From positions 131,675-195,674 of the forward strand of contig JAMJTW010000014.1 in assembly GCA_024281175.1 (NCBI GenBank): a DNA stretch of 64,000 bases, read 5' to 3'. Positions 26,906-37,027 of this stretch are shown one piece after another. A program made the position numbers and the translations under genes. Under the pieces are notes generated by a model. It saw nothing but the letters and a program-made list of their open reading frames with translations, was not told the origin of the DNA and did no database searches. The DNA comes from Candidatus Thiovulum imperiosus (GTDB lineage: Bacteria; Campylobacterota; Campylobacteria; Campylobacterales; Thiovulaceae). Positions within the stretch are counted from its first letter, which is position 1. Every line of letters begins with the position of its first letter.

Positions 26906-27871
26906 CTATCCTTTATTAAAAAATTTTGATATTTTGGCTTGTAATTTCAACCAATTTTTATGTTCAACTGCTGGGAAGCCAGACCAATATCGTCCAGAAG
27001 TTTTAATACTTTTTGTAACACCACTTCTAGCTGTTATGGTTGAAAATGGTGCTATCCTAACATGTCCTGTAATTCCGCTCTGTCCACCCATAACAACATT
27101 TCTTCCTAACTTTGAAGAACCAGCTACACCAGATTGAGCAGCGAGAACAACACCAACTCCAATATCGCAATTGTGTGCAATTTGAACTAAGTTGTCTATT
27201 CTAGCACCTTTTCTAATAAAGGTTGAATTGAATACAGCTCTATCAATTGAGGTGTTAGAACCTATTTCAACACCATCTTCTATTACAACATTCCCATTCT
27301 GGTAAATTTTGATATGTTCACCATGTTTGGTTGTTGCAAACCCAAATCCGTCGCTACCAACAACAGTTCCACTATGAATTATAACACTATTTCCAATAAT
27401 TGTTTCTTTGTAGACTGTTGTATTTGGGTATATGATACTGTAATCACCAATTACAACATTGTCGCCAATATAGGTATTGTGGAGTATTTGAGAACCTTTA
27501 CCTATTTTTACATTAGAGCCTAAAAAGACATTTTTAGCTATTACACTTTCCTCTCCAATTTCTGGTTTTACTCTACTCTCTTCTGAAATTTCTAGTGGAG
27601 TTGCAAAATATTTTGATAGTTTTGCAAGAGCAATATAGGGTTCATCTACAAGAAGAGGGATAGTTTTTTCAGGAATGTATTTAGCATCTTTAGGAGAGAG
27701 AAGAACAGCAGATGCGTTAGTTGTTTTCAATTCAGAGCTATATTTTGAATTTTGGAGAAAAGATATTTCACCATCTTTTGCATCTTTTAATGTATTTATT
27801 TTTTCTATCTCAATATCTTGAGATAATTCAATTTTTAGTTCTAATACTTCTACAATTTCAGAGAGTTTCAT
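26906..27871 (-). CDS. lpxD: UDP-3-O-acylglucosamine N-acyltransferase
   Basis: 321 aa. Hexapeptide left-handed beta-helix repeats. The N-terminal MKLSEI...L pattern is typical of LpxD. Confidence 0.9.
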   Translation of the reverse strand: MKLSEIVEVLELKIELSQDIEIEKINTLKDAKDGEISFLQNSKYSSELKTTNASAVLLSPKDAKYIPEKTIPLLVDEPYIALAKLSKYFATPLEISEESRVKPEIGEESVIAKNVFLGSNVKIGKGSQILHNTYIGDNVVIGDYSIIYPNTTVYKETIIGNSVIIHSGTVVGSDGFGFATTKHGEHIKIYQNGNVVIEDGVEIGSNTSIDRAVFNSTFIRKGARIDNLVQIAHNCDIGVGVVLAAQSGVAGSSKLGRNVVMGGQSGITGHVRIAPFSTITARSGVTKSIKTSGRYWSGFPAVEHKNWLKLQAKISKFFNKG

Positions 27872-27891
27872 AATTCACTTTTATAATATTA

Positions 27892-28365
27892 TTAGAAACC
27901 AATTTTACCAAAAATAATATCTCTATGGTTTACAAATCTGTCACAGCGACTACCTTCGAGTTCTAAACAGACTCTCTGCCACTCTCTGCTGTGACCATCT
28001 TTACCATCATATTTACCAAACTTGAAAAGTAGAGCGTGAGCAAACTCATGAGGCATTACATCATCTATCATATAATCTAAACTCTCTTTAAGTCTACTTC
28101 TATTCAAAACTATTTCAACATTTTCACCATCAAAAATAGTTACACCATACATACTTGGATGAAGTTTTTGAAGAGAGAGAGGAGCATCTAATTTATATGA
28201 GTAGAGATGCTCTATTCTTTCTAAAATTCGTCTCTCTTCAATATCTATTTTCTCTAAAACCTCATCAGGAATGCTATTTTTCCACTTACTACTCTCGTAA
28301 AAATTTAGAATTAGAACAACTGCTCCAACCCCAACCATTCCAAAAAATAGAGTTTCTAACTTCAC
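27892..28365 (-). CDS. SprT-like zinc metallopeptidase-domain protein with an N-terminal TM helix
   Basis: HEFAH (HExxH) in a SprT-like context, plus a C-terminal Cys/His cluster. Confidence 0.55.
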   Translation of the reverse strand: MKLETLFFGMVGVGAVVLILNFYESSKWKNSIPDEVLEKIDIEERRILERIEHLYSYKLDAPLSLQKLHPSMYGVTIFDGENVEIVLNRSRLKESLDYMIDDVMPHEFAHALLFKFGKYDGKDGHSREWQRVCLELEGSRCDRFVNHRDIIFGKIGF

Positions 28366-29738
28366 TAATTGTCTCTAATACAAGTAGTAAGTATCTTTCT
28401 GCTTGAGCTATCCCAAGTATCCATTCCAGTTGTAGTATTTAAGTTCCAAAACTTATTTCTATTTGTAATAAAATTTGTGCTAGACCAGTACCAGTTTGGC
28501 TTGATATTTTCAAACTTTGAACATATTTTTCCACTGTTCGTAATAGAGTATAATTCTTCAATTGTTGGTAGTCTCCAGTCTGACTTATTTAGAAATACTA
28601 AATCTTGACAGAAGAAATTTGCATCTTTCCAATTTTTACTTCTACCACTACTTTGGTCAAACCACATTTTTCTATTTTTACTATCTAAAACTGTACCATC
28701 ACCACTATTTGAAAAGTCCCCATATTTCTGAATAGAGCCTCTTACACATCTTGCGTAATGGAGACTACTCCTCTTTAAAATTTTGTCAGAACCAGTTTTA
28801 ATATCAACTCCATAAACTCTATTTCTGTCTATTTCACTACCACTCCAATATTTGTCGCTGATGAGGTCTACTGATTTACTACCCTTTTCTCGATTTACAA
28901 CATGCCAAAGCTCTTTTAAAGTTGGTAGTCTCCAATCATCTTTCCCATCAAATATAAGTTCATTGCAGTAACTTTTTGCTTCAGGATAAATACCTTTATA
29001 GCTTCTGCTATTTTGCCACTCAAATTTTACTTCTTCACTCTCTACTATTAGTTCATCTTCTAAAATATCTGGAGAGTCATTAAATAGAATTACAATTTTA
29101 TCTCCATAATAGTTCACCCATTTTGAAACTTTCTCTCCATTTTGAGTTGTAATAGTAATGTTATACGGTTTCTCTCTCTCAAGAGGCATTCCCTGTTTAA
29201 ATTGAAGAACACCCTCTATCTGAATTTTCGGATTTGGAACATCTGTTTCAATATATATTTTTGGATATACAAAGTTGTAAAACTTCAAAAAAAGCTCATA
29301 ATCTCTATACTTTTTAAAATTCTCTTTTGTATCTGGATATCTATTTGAGACAAAAGTTCCATACTCTTTTAATTCATCGTAAGGATACTGTCCATGATGT
29401 CCAATAAAAATCTGATTTCGCTTGAAAATACTTTTGAAATTTCTGGTATCATAATCACTATAATTGAATTTTACTTCTCTTTTTGGAACTTCTTCCTTTT
29501 CTGAAACATCGCCATAACCTTCTGTTACTAATCCACCTTCAGGCATTGGAAATGGTAAACCTATATCTGAAATAGAGTTAATTGTATTTAGAGATTTCTC
29601 TTCTTGTTCAGGGTAAGTTTGTGGTGTAAATCCATCGTTTTGTCTCAACTTTTTTAAGTTGTTTCCTATCGCTTCTCCATCATCTGAAGAGAGTTGAAAA
29701 GTTAATAAAAATATTGTAAATAGAACTTTTACAAACAT
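28365..29738 (-). CDS. Secreted protein with two C-terminal DUF1566 domains
   Basis: Signal peptide. AKSYCNELIFDGKDDWRLPTLKELW...ARCVRG and ANFFCQDLVFLNKSDWRLPTIEELY...TTCIRD. Confidence 0.75.
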   Translation of the reverse strand: MFVKVLFTIFLLTFQLSSDDGEAIGNNLKKLRQNDGFTPQTYPEQEEKSLNTINSISDIGLPFPMPEGGLVTEGYGDVSEKEEVPKREVKFNYSDYDTRNFKSIFKRNQIFIGHHGQYPYDELKEYGTFVSNRYPDTKENFKKYRDYELFLKFYNFVYPKIYIETDVPNPKIQIEGVLQFKQGMPLEREKPYNITITTQNGEKVSKWVNYYGDKIVILFNDSPDILEDELIVESEEVKFEWQNSRSYKGIYPEAKSYCNELIFDGKDDWRLPTLKELWHVVNREKGSKSVDLISDKYWSGSEIDRNRVYGVDIKTGSDKILKRSSLHYARCVRGSIQKYGDFSNSGDGTVLDSKNRKMWFDQSSGRSKNWKDANFFCQDLVFLNKSDWRLPTIEELYSITNSGKICSKFENIKPNWYWSSTNFITNRNKFWNLNTTTGMDTWDSSSRKILTTCIRDN

Positions 29739-29855
29739 AAGAATCCTTAAACTATTTTTACAAAATTGTATCAGAAAAGAGTTTGAAACTATTTTTTGAA
29801 AAGAGAGGCTTTTTTAGGCGGTTTCTATGCTACTATTTGGTAAAAAGATAGCATA

Positions 29856-31379
29856 ATGAGAGCTTTAATTAGCGTTAGTAATAAAAGTGGAGTTGTACAA
29901 TTTGCCAAAGGGTTGGAAACTTTTGGTTATGAAATCATTTCCACTGGTGGAACTTTCAAAATTCTTCGAGAAGCTGGAGTTTCTGTTCAAGAAATTAGTG
30001 ATGTTACCAAATTTCCAGAGTCGTTTGATGGTAGAGTGAAAACTTTAAATCCTCTAATTCATGGTGGAATTCTCTACAAAAGAGAAGACCCTAAACATGT
30101 TGAAACTGCAAAAGAGCTTGGAGTTTCTAGCATAGATTTAGTTTGTGTAAATCTATACCCTTTCTTGGAAACTACAAAACGGACTAACGACTTTGATGAG
30201 ATAATTGAGAATATTGATATTGGTGGTCCAGCGATGGTTCGAAGTTCTGCAAAGAATTTTGAGAGTGTAGCAGTTGTTACAAGTCCAGAGAGATATGAAG
30301 AGGTTCTGGAAAGGTTGGAAAAGAGTAATTTAGATTTGGATTTCCGAAGAGAACTTATGATTGAGGCTTTTGAGCATACAGCAAACTACGACTCTACAAT
30401 TGCGAATTATATGAATTCCCGATTTAAAAATGGTTTTGGAGAAAAGCAATTTATCGTCGGCTCAAAAGTAGCAGATACTAGATATGGAGAAAATCCTCAT
30501 CAGAAAGGTAGTTTATACTCCTTTGGAAACTTCGAATTAGAAACTCTTAAAGGTGAAGCTAGTTTTAATAATTATGGAGATATAAATGGTGCTGTTAAGA
30601 TTGCAACAGCTTTTGGTGATGTCCCAGCAGTCTGTATTGTGAAACATGGAAATCCTTGCGGTTTCTCAAAAAAAGAGACCCTACTAGAAAGCTATACAGA
30701 AGCTCTAAAATCTGACCCAATTTCAGCTTATGGTGGAGTTGTTACGATAAATGGAACTCTGGACAAGGAACTTGCTGAAAAGATAAATGAGATTTTTGTA
30801 GAAGTTATCATTGCAGGAAAAGTTACAACAGAGGCTTTAGAAGTTTTCTCCAAAAAGAAGAGAATCAAAATATTTCAGCAAAACAGAAATTTCTTAAAGC
30901 TACCTAATGATTCTCACGATTTTCGACACATTTCAGGAGGTTTTCTATATCAAGATTCTGATGAGGTTCTTGAAAATGAAGTTCGAGATGCAAAAGTTGT
31001 TTCGGCAAGAACTCCTTCAGAATCTGAAATTTCAGATTTAGAAATTGCTTATAAAATTGCTTCTTTGACAAAATCGAATTGTGTTGTTTATGTGAAAGAT
31101 TCTAGTATGGTAGCAATTGGAATGGGAATGACAAGTCGAGTTGATGCAGCAAAGTGTGCTATTCGAAAAGCTGAAGAGCTAGAGTTAGATTTGAACGGTT
31201 CATCACTTGCAAGTGAGGCATTTTTTCCATTTCGAGACTCAGTAGATGAGGCTTCAAAAGTTGGTGTAAAAGCAATTATTCAACCGGGAGGAAGTATCCG
31301 AGATGATGAGGTTATTGAGGCTTCAAATCAGCATGGAATTGCTCATCTATTTTCTGGCAGACGACACTTTTTACATTAG
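29856..31379 (+). CDS. purH: Bifunctional AICAR transformylase / IMP cyclohydrolase
   Basis: [12 protein letters not shown]...STGGT..., 507 aa, C-terminal GGSIRD...RHFLH. Confidence 0.95.
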   Translation: MRALISVSNKSGVVQFAKGLETFGYEIISTGGTFKILREAGVSVQEISDVTKFPESFDGRVKTLNPLIHGGILYKREDPKHVETAKELGVSSIDLVCVNLYPFLETTKRTNDFDEIIENIDIGGPAMVRSSAKNFESVAVVTSPERYEEVLERLEKSNLDLDFRRELMIEAFEHTANYDSTIANYMNSRFKNGFGEKQFIVGSKVADTRYGENPHQKGSLYSFGNFELETLKGEASFNNYGDINGAVKIATAFGDVPAVCIVKHGNPCGFSKKETLLESYTEALKSDPISAYGGVVTINGTLDKELAEKINEIFVEVIIAGKVTTEALEVFSKKKRIKIFQQNRNFLKLPNDSHDFRHISGGFLYQDSDEVLENEVRDAKVVSARTPSESEISDLEIAYKIASLTKSNCVVYVKDSSMVAIGMGMTSRVDAAKCAIRKAEELELDLNGSSLASEAFFPFRDSVDEASKVGVKAIIQPGGSIRDDEVIEASNQHGIAHLFSGRRHFLH

Positions 31380-31387
31380 GAAATATT

Positions 31388-31639
31388 TTGGTAGATTTAA
31401 AAATAGACTCTGATACAAAAAGAATTTATGCTGAATTTATGTTGAAAGGCGAAGTGGATAAGTTGGTTTTAGATATAAGAAAGTATCAAATTGTAGAAGA
31501 GAATGGTGAAACATTTGTGGAGATTTCAGAACTTGAAACAAACCGAGAGTGGCTAAATATCGTTTTTAAAAACTTTCTTCCAACAAATCGAATTCCAATT
31601 CCTGAAAGATTTGTACCTCTTTTAGAGATATCTCTATAA
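31388..31639 (+). CDS. Small hypothetical protein (TTG start)
   Basis: ORF only. Compact spacing after purH and a terminator immediately downstream. Confidence 0.4.
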   Translation: MVDLKIDSDTKRIYAEFMLKGEVDKLVLDIRKYQIVEENGETFVEISELETNREWLNIVFKNFLPTNRIPIPERFVPLLEISL

Positions 31640-31642
31640 AGG

Positions 31643-31668
31643 AACTCCGCAAAAAGCGGAGTTTTTAA
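31643..31668. terminator. Bidirectional intrinsic terminator between convergent genes
   Basis: AACTCCGC-AAAAA-GCGGAGTT followed by TTTT, with an A-run on the other side. Confidence 0.65.
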
Positions 31669-31672
31669 ACCT

Positions 31673-32713
31673 CTATTTAAAGATAAGTCCATTTAACCAA
31701 CTTGCCACTTTTTTGAAAGAAGCATTCTTATTTCCATCTTCATTAGAGAGTCTATTTTTAAATTGAGTTTCAAACCCTAAGTGATAAATACCATCTGCTA
31801 TTTTGTTTATAGCATTTTTTCCAAAGAGTTTCCTTTTTGCACCATCATTTTGAACTAAATGAAAACCTGTCTCTTCTCCAACCTCATCATCTCCATGTAG
31901 TTCTGCCCACTCTGTGGCGTAATTTGTAGAGAGATAGGAGTTCAATTCTCTAATTTCATCAGCTACGATTTCACCATCATTTGTAACTCCAGTAGCATAA
32001 ATTGCTTCCAGAAGAATTTTATTCATCTCATCAGCACTTTTTGCTCCCTCTCTAATATCTCCTGTTGATACTCTCTTTTGAAGTCCAACATCTGTATAGA
32101 TGATTTCGATAATATCATCTAATCCAGTATTAGTTGAACCTGTCACCTCAACAACACTACTATTTGAGAGAGACTCTAAATCATCTATAAGAAGAGAATT
32201 TAGCCAATTTGCTACCTTTTTAAAAGATGCATTTTTATTATCATCTTCATTTAAAAGTCTATTTTTTCGGTGAGTCTCAAAACCTAAGTGATAGATACTA
32301 TCTGCAACTCTATTTATCGCATTTTTTCCAAAAAGTTTTGTTCTTGCTCCATTATTTTGGACAAGATGAAAACCACTCTCTACACCATCTTCATCATCTC
32401 CATGTAGAGTTTTCCACTCTTCTGAGTAGTTTGTATAAATGAAATTATTTATCTCTCTAGCATCAGAAGTAGAAATCTCTTTATCATTTGCAAGTCCATT
32501 CTCAAAAATAGCTTCAAGAATGATAGAGTTCATTCTATCAGCAGAGTAGATAGCCTCTTCTATCGCATCTCCAGTAACTCTACTGTTGAGTGTGCTATCT
32601 GTATCGATAATTTCAATAATTTTGTCTAGTCCTGTTCCAGTTTCTGCTGAAAGAGTAGAAGATAAAAGAAGCGATGCTGTTGTAACTGATAGTATAAATT
32701 TCGAATTTTTCAC
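31673..32713 (-). CDS. Secreted protein made of two tandem repeats of about 160 aa, function unknown
   Basis: Signal peptide (GTG start). Repeat 1 TGLDKIIEIIDTD...GFHLVQNNGARTKLFGKNAINRVADSIYHLGFETHRKNRL...NKNASFKKVANWLNSL versus repeat 2 TGLDDIIEIIYTD...GFHLVQNDGAKRKLFGKNAINKIADGIYHLGFETQFKNRL...NKNASFKKVASWLNGL. Confidence 0.7.
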   Translation of the reverse strand: MKNSKFILSVTTASLLLSSTLSAETGTGLDKIIEIIDTDSTLNSRVTGDAIEEAIYSADRMNSIILEAIFENGLANDKEISTSDAREINNFIYTNYSEEWKTLHGDDEDGVESGFHLVQNNGARTKLFGKNAINRVADSIYHLGFETHRKNRLLNEDDNKNASFKKVANWLNSLLIDDLESLSNSSVVEVTGSTNTGLDDIIEIIYTDVGLQKRVSTGDIREGAKSADEMNKILLEAIYATGVTNDGEIVADEIRELNSYLSTNYATEWAELHGDDEVGEETGFHLVQNDGAKRKLFGKNAINKIADGIYHLGFETQFKNRLSNEDGNKNASFKKVASWLNGLIFK

Positions 32714-32734
32714 GATTTGCCCTTTAATATATTT

Positions 32735-32826
32735 TTGGCAAACCTGTTAAGAAGTTCAACGCAACTTGGCAATCTCATTGAGACCCATAGCTTTCCGTCC
32801 TTGCTTCACAACAAGTTTGGCATCTA
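32735..32826 (-). promoter_or_regulatory. Candidate c-di-GMP-I (GEMM-I) riboswitch in the 5' leader of the 31673-32713 gene
   Basis: Minus strand reads UGCCAAA-CUUGUU-GUGA-AGCAAG-GACGGAAAGC-UAUGGGUCUC... This parallels the Vc2 aptamer as I remember it (GGGCAAA-CCAUUC-GAAA-GAGUGG-GACGCAAAGCC-UCCGG). The 3' segment GGUUUGCC can pair either with the 5' GCCAAAC or with the RBS region AAAGGGCAAAUC-GUG. Confidence 0.45.
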
Positions 32827-32844
32827 AAATAGATATCGGCAGTA

Positions 32845-34068
32845 TTACATTTTAAGTAAAGTCTTGTAAATTTTTAAATGTTTCTCTTTAAATTTATCTT
32901 GAGAGAACTCTTTAGCCTTCTCTTTTCCAGCTCTGGAGAATTTAAAGAAGTCAGTAAGTTCACCATACTTTACTGGAGGAAGCCAAGGTAACTTCATTCT
33001 TTTAAGTCTCTCTTGAAGAACCTCATCACCAATTAGAGCATCAACTTTTTTCTCAAGGTCATCTAAGTTATTAGACTCAAAAAGATACCCATTTTTTCCA
33101 TGAGTTATAAGTTCTCTAACTCCATCTATATTTGGAGCAATTATCGGTTTTCCAAGTTCTAACATATCAACTATTGTTGCACCCAACGCCTCTTTTTTAG
33201 AAGTTACAAGAAAAGCATCAAAATATTCAATATGCTCTTCAATATTCATAATATACTCTTGCATTTTAAAATTGAAAAGGTGTCTTGTTCTCTCTTGAAT
33301 TATCGCATCTTGTGGACCTTCTCCAATTAGAACAAATTGAATTTCAGGATTTTTCTTCACATAACGATATGCCAAATCTACGGCAAGTTCAAAGTTTTTT
33401 ACTGGAAGAAGTTTACCAACCATTCCAATAATTACAGTATGATTAAAAGGATTTCTAAAGAAGTTTGACTCACCCTTATTGATTTCATGAATATAGAAAG
33501 AGGGTGTGTTGTGTATAGTTACAAACTTGTCTCTAAGTTTTCTATGCCAATCTTTCATAAAATTATGTTGATAGTCTGAAACTGTAATTATCTTTTCAGC
33601 TTCTTCAAAACCTCTTTTTAAAAATTTTTCAAAAGTTCTATATAGAAATGTGTTGGGAGGTTCAGGTTTATGGAAAGTTATTACATAAGGAGTGCTAAAT
33701 TTATGCTTTATGTAATAAGCGATAAAAATTGCCTTAATTGAGTGTGCATGTAAAATATCACAACTTTTAAACTTTTCCAAACACTCTTTTTGCAATAGAG
33801 AATAGGGTACTATTTTTGCGAACTCTATCACTTCCAATTTTCCCTCTTTAATTACATGTTCCACATTGTCATATAAATTCATGTTCATCTGAAACATCAT
33901 AATCATCTCTGGAGAGACTTTTGGATTATTTTTAAATCTATTTTTCTTCTTATTTCTGTAAAAAAGTTTCTGTTGGATATTCTCTTCAGAGAGTTTTCTT
34001 ATAAGTATCTCCATCTGTTTTTCAGGAGCATTGTAATATCTTGACAAGTTTACATGACAGATTGTCAT
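32845..34068 (-). CDS. Glycosyltransferase family 4 (GT-B fold)
   Basis: C-terminal EALGATIVDMLELGKPIIAPNIDGVRELITHGKNGYLF (E-x7-E-like GT4 motif). Confidence 0.8.
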   Translation of the reverse strand: MTICHVNLSRYYNAPEKQMEILIRKLSEENIQQKLFYRNKKKNRFKNNPKVSPEMIMMFQMNMNLYDNVEHVIKEGKLEVIEFAKIVPYSLLQKECLEKFKSCDILHAHSIKAIFIAYYIKHKFSTPYVITFHKPEPPNTFLYRTFEKFLKRGFEEAEKIITVSDYQHNFMKDWHRKLRDKFVTIHNTPSFYIHEINKGESNFFRNPFNHTVIIGMVGKLLPVKNFELAVDLAYRYVKKNPEIQFVLIGEGPQDAIIQERTRHLFNFKMQEYIMNIEEHIEYFDAFLVTSKKEALGATIVDMLELGKPIIAPNIDGVRELITHGKNGYLFESNNLDDLEKKVDALIGDEVLQERLKRMKLPWLPPVKYGELTDFFKFSRAGKEKAKEFSQDKFKEKHLKIYKTLLKM

Positions 34069-34394
34069 CTTTTCAGGTAGTTTAAACCTCTATTAAAATC
34101 CAAAGTTAGTTTTTTGTATGAGCTTTTTAGAATTTGCTCTTTTGCAATAAAAACCCAATATCCGCTACCCATTTTTTTACAAAATGGTGCCACAAGAGAA
34201 CGGAGAACTCTACGACTTCTACTTCTTTTTACGGAGTTTCCAACTCTCTTACTAGATATGAAACCAAATTTCAAGTTTTCATCTTTTAAATAAAACATCA
34301 CAAAAGAGGGGCGATGATACTGCTTCCCACTTTTAAAAATCTCTTGAAATTTTAAAGGTTCTCTAATTCGATAGCTATGTTTTAAACAGCTAAT
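34065..34394 (-). CDS. rnpA: Ribonuclease P protein component, probably with a non-canonical (ATT) start
   Basis: The track ORF (34065-34301, GTG) lacks the conserved N-terminus. The frame stays open upstream to 34400 and encodes [36 protein letters not shown], matching the RnpA N-terminal pattern (EF..V...GK..H....FYL). There is no ATG/GTG/TTG in that stretch. The central RNR-like motif [11 protein letters not shown] is present. Confidence 0.65.
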   Translation of the reverse strand: MSCLKHSYRIREPLKFQEIFKSGKQYHRPSFVMFYLKDENLKFGFISSKRVGNSVKRSRSRRVLRSLVAPFCKKMGSGYWVFIAKEQILKSSYKKLTLDFNRGLNYLKR

Positions 34395-34516
34395 CTCTTT
34401 CTACCTTTAGCTCTTCTTGCTGAAATAACTCTTCTTCCACTCTTTGTTTTCATTCTTGTTCTAAAACCGTGAGTTCGCTTTCTTGGAGTGTTGTGAGGTT
34501 GATAAGTTCTTTTCAT
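34382..34516 (-). CDS. rpmH: 50S ribosomal protein L34
   Basis: Not in the ORF track (44 aa). My translation: [44 protein letters not shown]. Confidence 0.9.
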   Translation of the reverse strand: MKRTYQPHNTPRKRTHGFRTRMKTKSGRRVISARRAKGRKRLAV

Positions 34517-34613
34517 CTTTTTCCTTTTTTGAATTTAGCGTCGAATTATACCTATTTTCTAAAACATCTTAAAAATCACTCAAGCTATAATTCCAAAAAA
34601 CAGAGGATTAGTT

Positions 34614-35105
34614 GTGGAAAGAGAGTTGCTTACCCCTAATGGGTATACAAAACTTACTAATGAGATTAAAACATTAACTTTAGTAGAGAGACCTAAAATT
34701 ATTGAAGAGGTGCAAATCGCTCGAGAACATGGAGATTTAAAAGAGAATGCTGAATATCATGCTGCAAAAGAGAAGCAGAGACTAATAGATAAACAGATAG
34801 CAGAATTGAATTCTCTACTCTCTAATTCAGAAATAGCTGACCCTAAAAACATTTCTCATTCCATAGTCTCATTTGGTAGTAAAGTAACAATTGTTGATTG
34901 TGATACTGAAGAAGAGGTAACATATACAATTGTCGGAAGTTATGAAGCTGATATAGAGAGAAATATTATTTCATACCACTCTCCTTTGGCAAAAGTTCTT
35001 TTAGGAAAAGAGCAGGGTGAAGAGTTTGAAGCTGAACTTCCTGGAGGAGTTAAAGAGTTCGAAATTTTAGAGATAGTTTCTGGAAGTGAACATCTTGGAA
35101 GTTAA
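34614..35105 (+). CDS. greA: Transcription elongation factor GreA
   Basis: GDLKENAEYHAAKE motif. 163 aa. GTG start. Confidence 0.9.
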   Translation: MERELLTPNGYTKLTNEIKTLTLVERPKIIEEVQIAREHGDLKENAEYHAAKEKQRLIDKQIAELNSLLSNSEIADPKNISHSIVSFGSKVTIVDCDTEEEVTYTIVGSYEADIERNIISYHSPLAKVLLGKEQGEEFEAELPGGVKEFEILEIVSGSEHLGS

Positions 35106-35526
35106 AATTAGACTCCTCTCTAAAGAGGCAAAAGTCCCTAAATACCAAACAGAATGCTCAGCAGGTTTTGACTTAAGTTCTGTGGAAGATATAGAGATAG
35201 ATAGTGGTGAGGTAATTTTGGTTTCTACTGGATTAGCTTTTGAATTGCCTAATGGTTTTGAGTTGCAACTTCGTCCAAGAAGTGGACTCGCTTTAAAACA
35301 TGGTATCACTTTACTAAATTCTCCAGCCACAATTGATAGTGATTATCGTGGAGAGATAAAAGTGATTTTAATAAATCATGGTAAAGAGAGTTTTAAAATT
35401 TCAGTTGGAGATAGAATTGCTCAAGGAGTGATATCTAAAGTGGAAAAAGCAGATTTTCAGAAGGTATCTCTACTTTCAGAGAGTGATAGAGGAGATAGTG
35501 GATTTGGAAGTACAGGAAAGAGATAA
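35086..35526 (+). CDS. dut: dUTP diphosphatase
   Basis: SAGFDL, RPRSGLALKHGI, IDSDYRGEI, SDRGDSGFGSTG. Confidence 0.9.
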   Translation: MNILEVKIRLLSKEAKVPKYQTECSAGFDLSSVEDIEIDSGEVILVSTGLAFELPNGFELQLRPRSGLALKHGITLLNSPATIDSDYRGEIKVILINHGKESFKISVGDRIAQGVISKVEKADFQKVSLLSESDRGDSGFGSTGKR

Positions 35527-35587
35527 TTTTTTGTAAAAGTTCTGAATTTTGTTATTATCCATTTCAAAATTATAGAAAGGAGTTGTT

Positions 35588-37015
35588 TTGAACTTAAGTG
35601 ATGCATTAAAAAATAGAGAGTTTTCCATTCCAGAACCACCAAAAAAGAAGAAAAAGATAGGTAGATGGATACTTCTAGCAATAATTCTATTTTGGGTTGG
35701 GAACAGTTTTATAAGTTCAGATGCGTTTGACGAAGAGCCTCCTATTGTTGAAATTGAAGATATGGACTATTGGAATTTGCGAGAACCTATTGCATTAAAA
35801 ATTAGTGATAATATTGCTATTAAATCATATAAGATACTTATAGATAATGGTACTGGAGAGAGGGAAGTTTTTAAAGAGGAGACTTTTGAAGATAGAGTTG
35901 TGAAAGAGTTGGAGTTCAATATCACTGCTCCAATTAAAAAATATAAAAGTACTTATACAACAATATTTGTAGAGGTTGAAGACAATTCAATAATGAATTG
36001 GCTTTCTGGAAATAGAGTTGAAATTGAAAATATAATCACAGTTGATAAAGAGAGACCTAAAATTTCTATTCTTGCTAATTCTTATGGAATTAGAAAAGCT
36101 GGTAGTGCTGTTGCAATTTTTGATGTTGAAGATGTAAACCTTGATGAGGTCTATATTGAAACTCAGAGCGGAAGAAGGTTCTATCCTCAACCATTTTACA
36201 ATGCTGGTGGAAAGAAAACAAACTACATCTCTCTTGTTGCTTGGCCAATTGAAGATGAAAGATTTAGTGCAAATATTGTTGCTAGAGATAAAGCTGGAAA
36301 TTTTTCAACTCAATATCTAAATTACTATTTAAAAGGTAAAACCTACAAGATTTCTGAAATGCATTTAAAAGAGAGTTTTTTAACTGGAAAGATACAATCT
36401 CTCGCTTCTCAACATGAGCAGAGTTCTTTTGTAGATAATCCTGCTGAACATTTTAGAATTGTGAATGAAGACATTAGAAAGGAGAACGAAGATGTTATTA
36501 GAGCATTTACTTCAGTTGTTCATAAAGATAGAGTAATAACAGATTTTGATATTGTTCCATTTATTCCTTTAAAAGGATATCGTTCTGTTGCTAGTTTTGG
36601 AGATTTGAGAAAATACTATTTTGAAGGAGAACTTGTTAGTGAGTCAAGACACATGGGATTAGATTTAGCAAGTATTCGAATGGCACCTGTTATCTCTTCA
36701 AACAGAGGGCAAGTTGTGGATATTTCAACTAAAGGTATTTACGGTCTTTCTCCAATTGTAGACCACGATTTGGGTCTCTATTCTATCTATTCTCACTGCT
36801 CTTCAACTAGAGTAAATGAAGGTGAGATTATAGAGAGAGGAACAATTGTTGCAAATACTGGTAAAAGTGGTTTGGCTTTTGGAGACCATCTCCATTTTGG
36901 ACTTTATGTTCAAAGTATTCCTGTTCGTCCAGAAGAGTGGATGGATAGTGATTGGATAAGGGTAAACATTACAGATGTAATTGCTAGTGCAAAACAGATA
37001 ATAGAGAGACAGTAG
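35588..37015 (+). CDS. M23-family peptidoglycan endopeptidase (membrane anchored)
   Basis: HMGLDLAS ... GDHLHFGLYV. N-terminal TM helix. Confidence 0.85.
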   Translation: MNLSDALKNREFSIPEPPKKKKKIGRWILLAIILFWVGNSFISSDAFDEEPPIVEIEDMDYWNLREPIALKISDNIAIKSYKILIDNGTGEREVFKEETFEDRVVKELEFNITAPIKKYKSTYTTIFVEVEDNSIMNWLSGNRVEIENIITVDKERPKISILANSYGIRKAGSAVAIFDVEDVNLDEVYIETQSGRRFYPQPFYNAGGKKTNYISLVAWPIEDERFSANIVARDKAGNFSTQYLNYYLKGKTYKISEMHLKESFLTGKIQSLASQHEQSSFVDNPAEHFRIVNEDIRKENEDVIRAFTSVVHKDRVITDFDIVPFIPLKGYRSVASFGDLRKYYFEGELVSESRHMGLDLASIRMAPVISSNRGQVVDISTKGIYGLSPIVDHDLGLYSIYSHCSSTRVNEGEIIERGTIVANTGKSGLAFGDHLHFGLYVQSIPVRPEEWMDSDWIRVNITDVIASAKQIIERQ

Positions 37016-37027
37016 AGAGAGACTATA

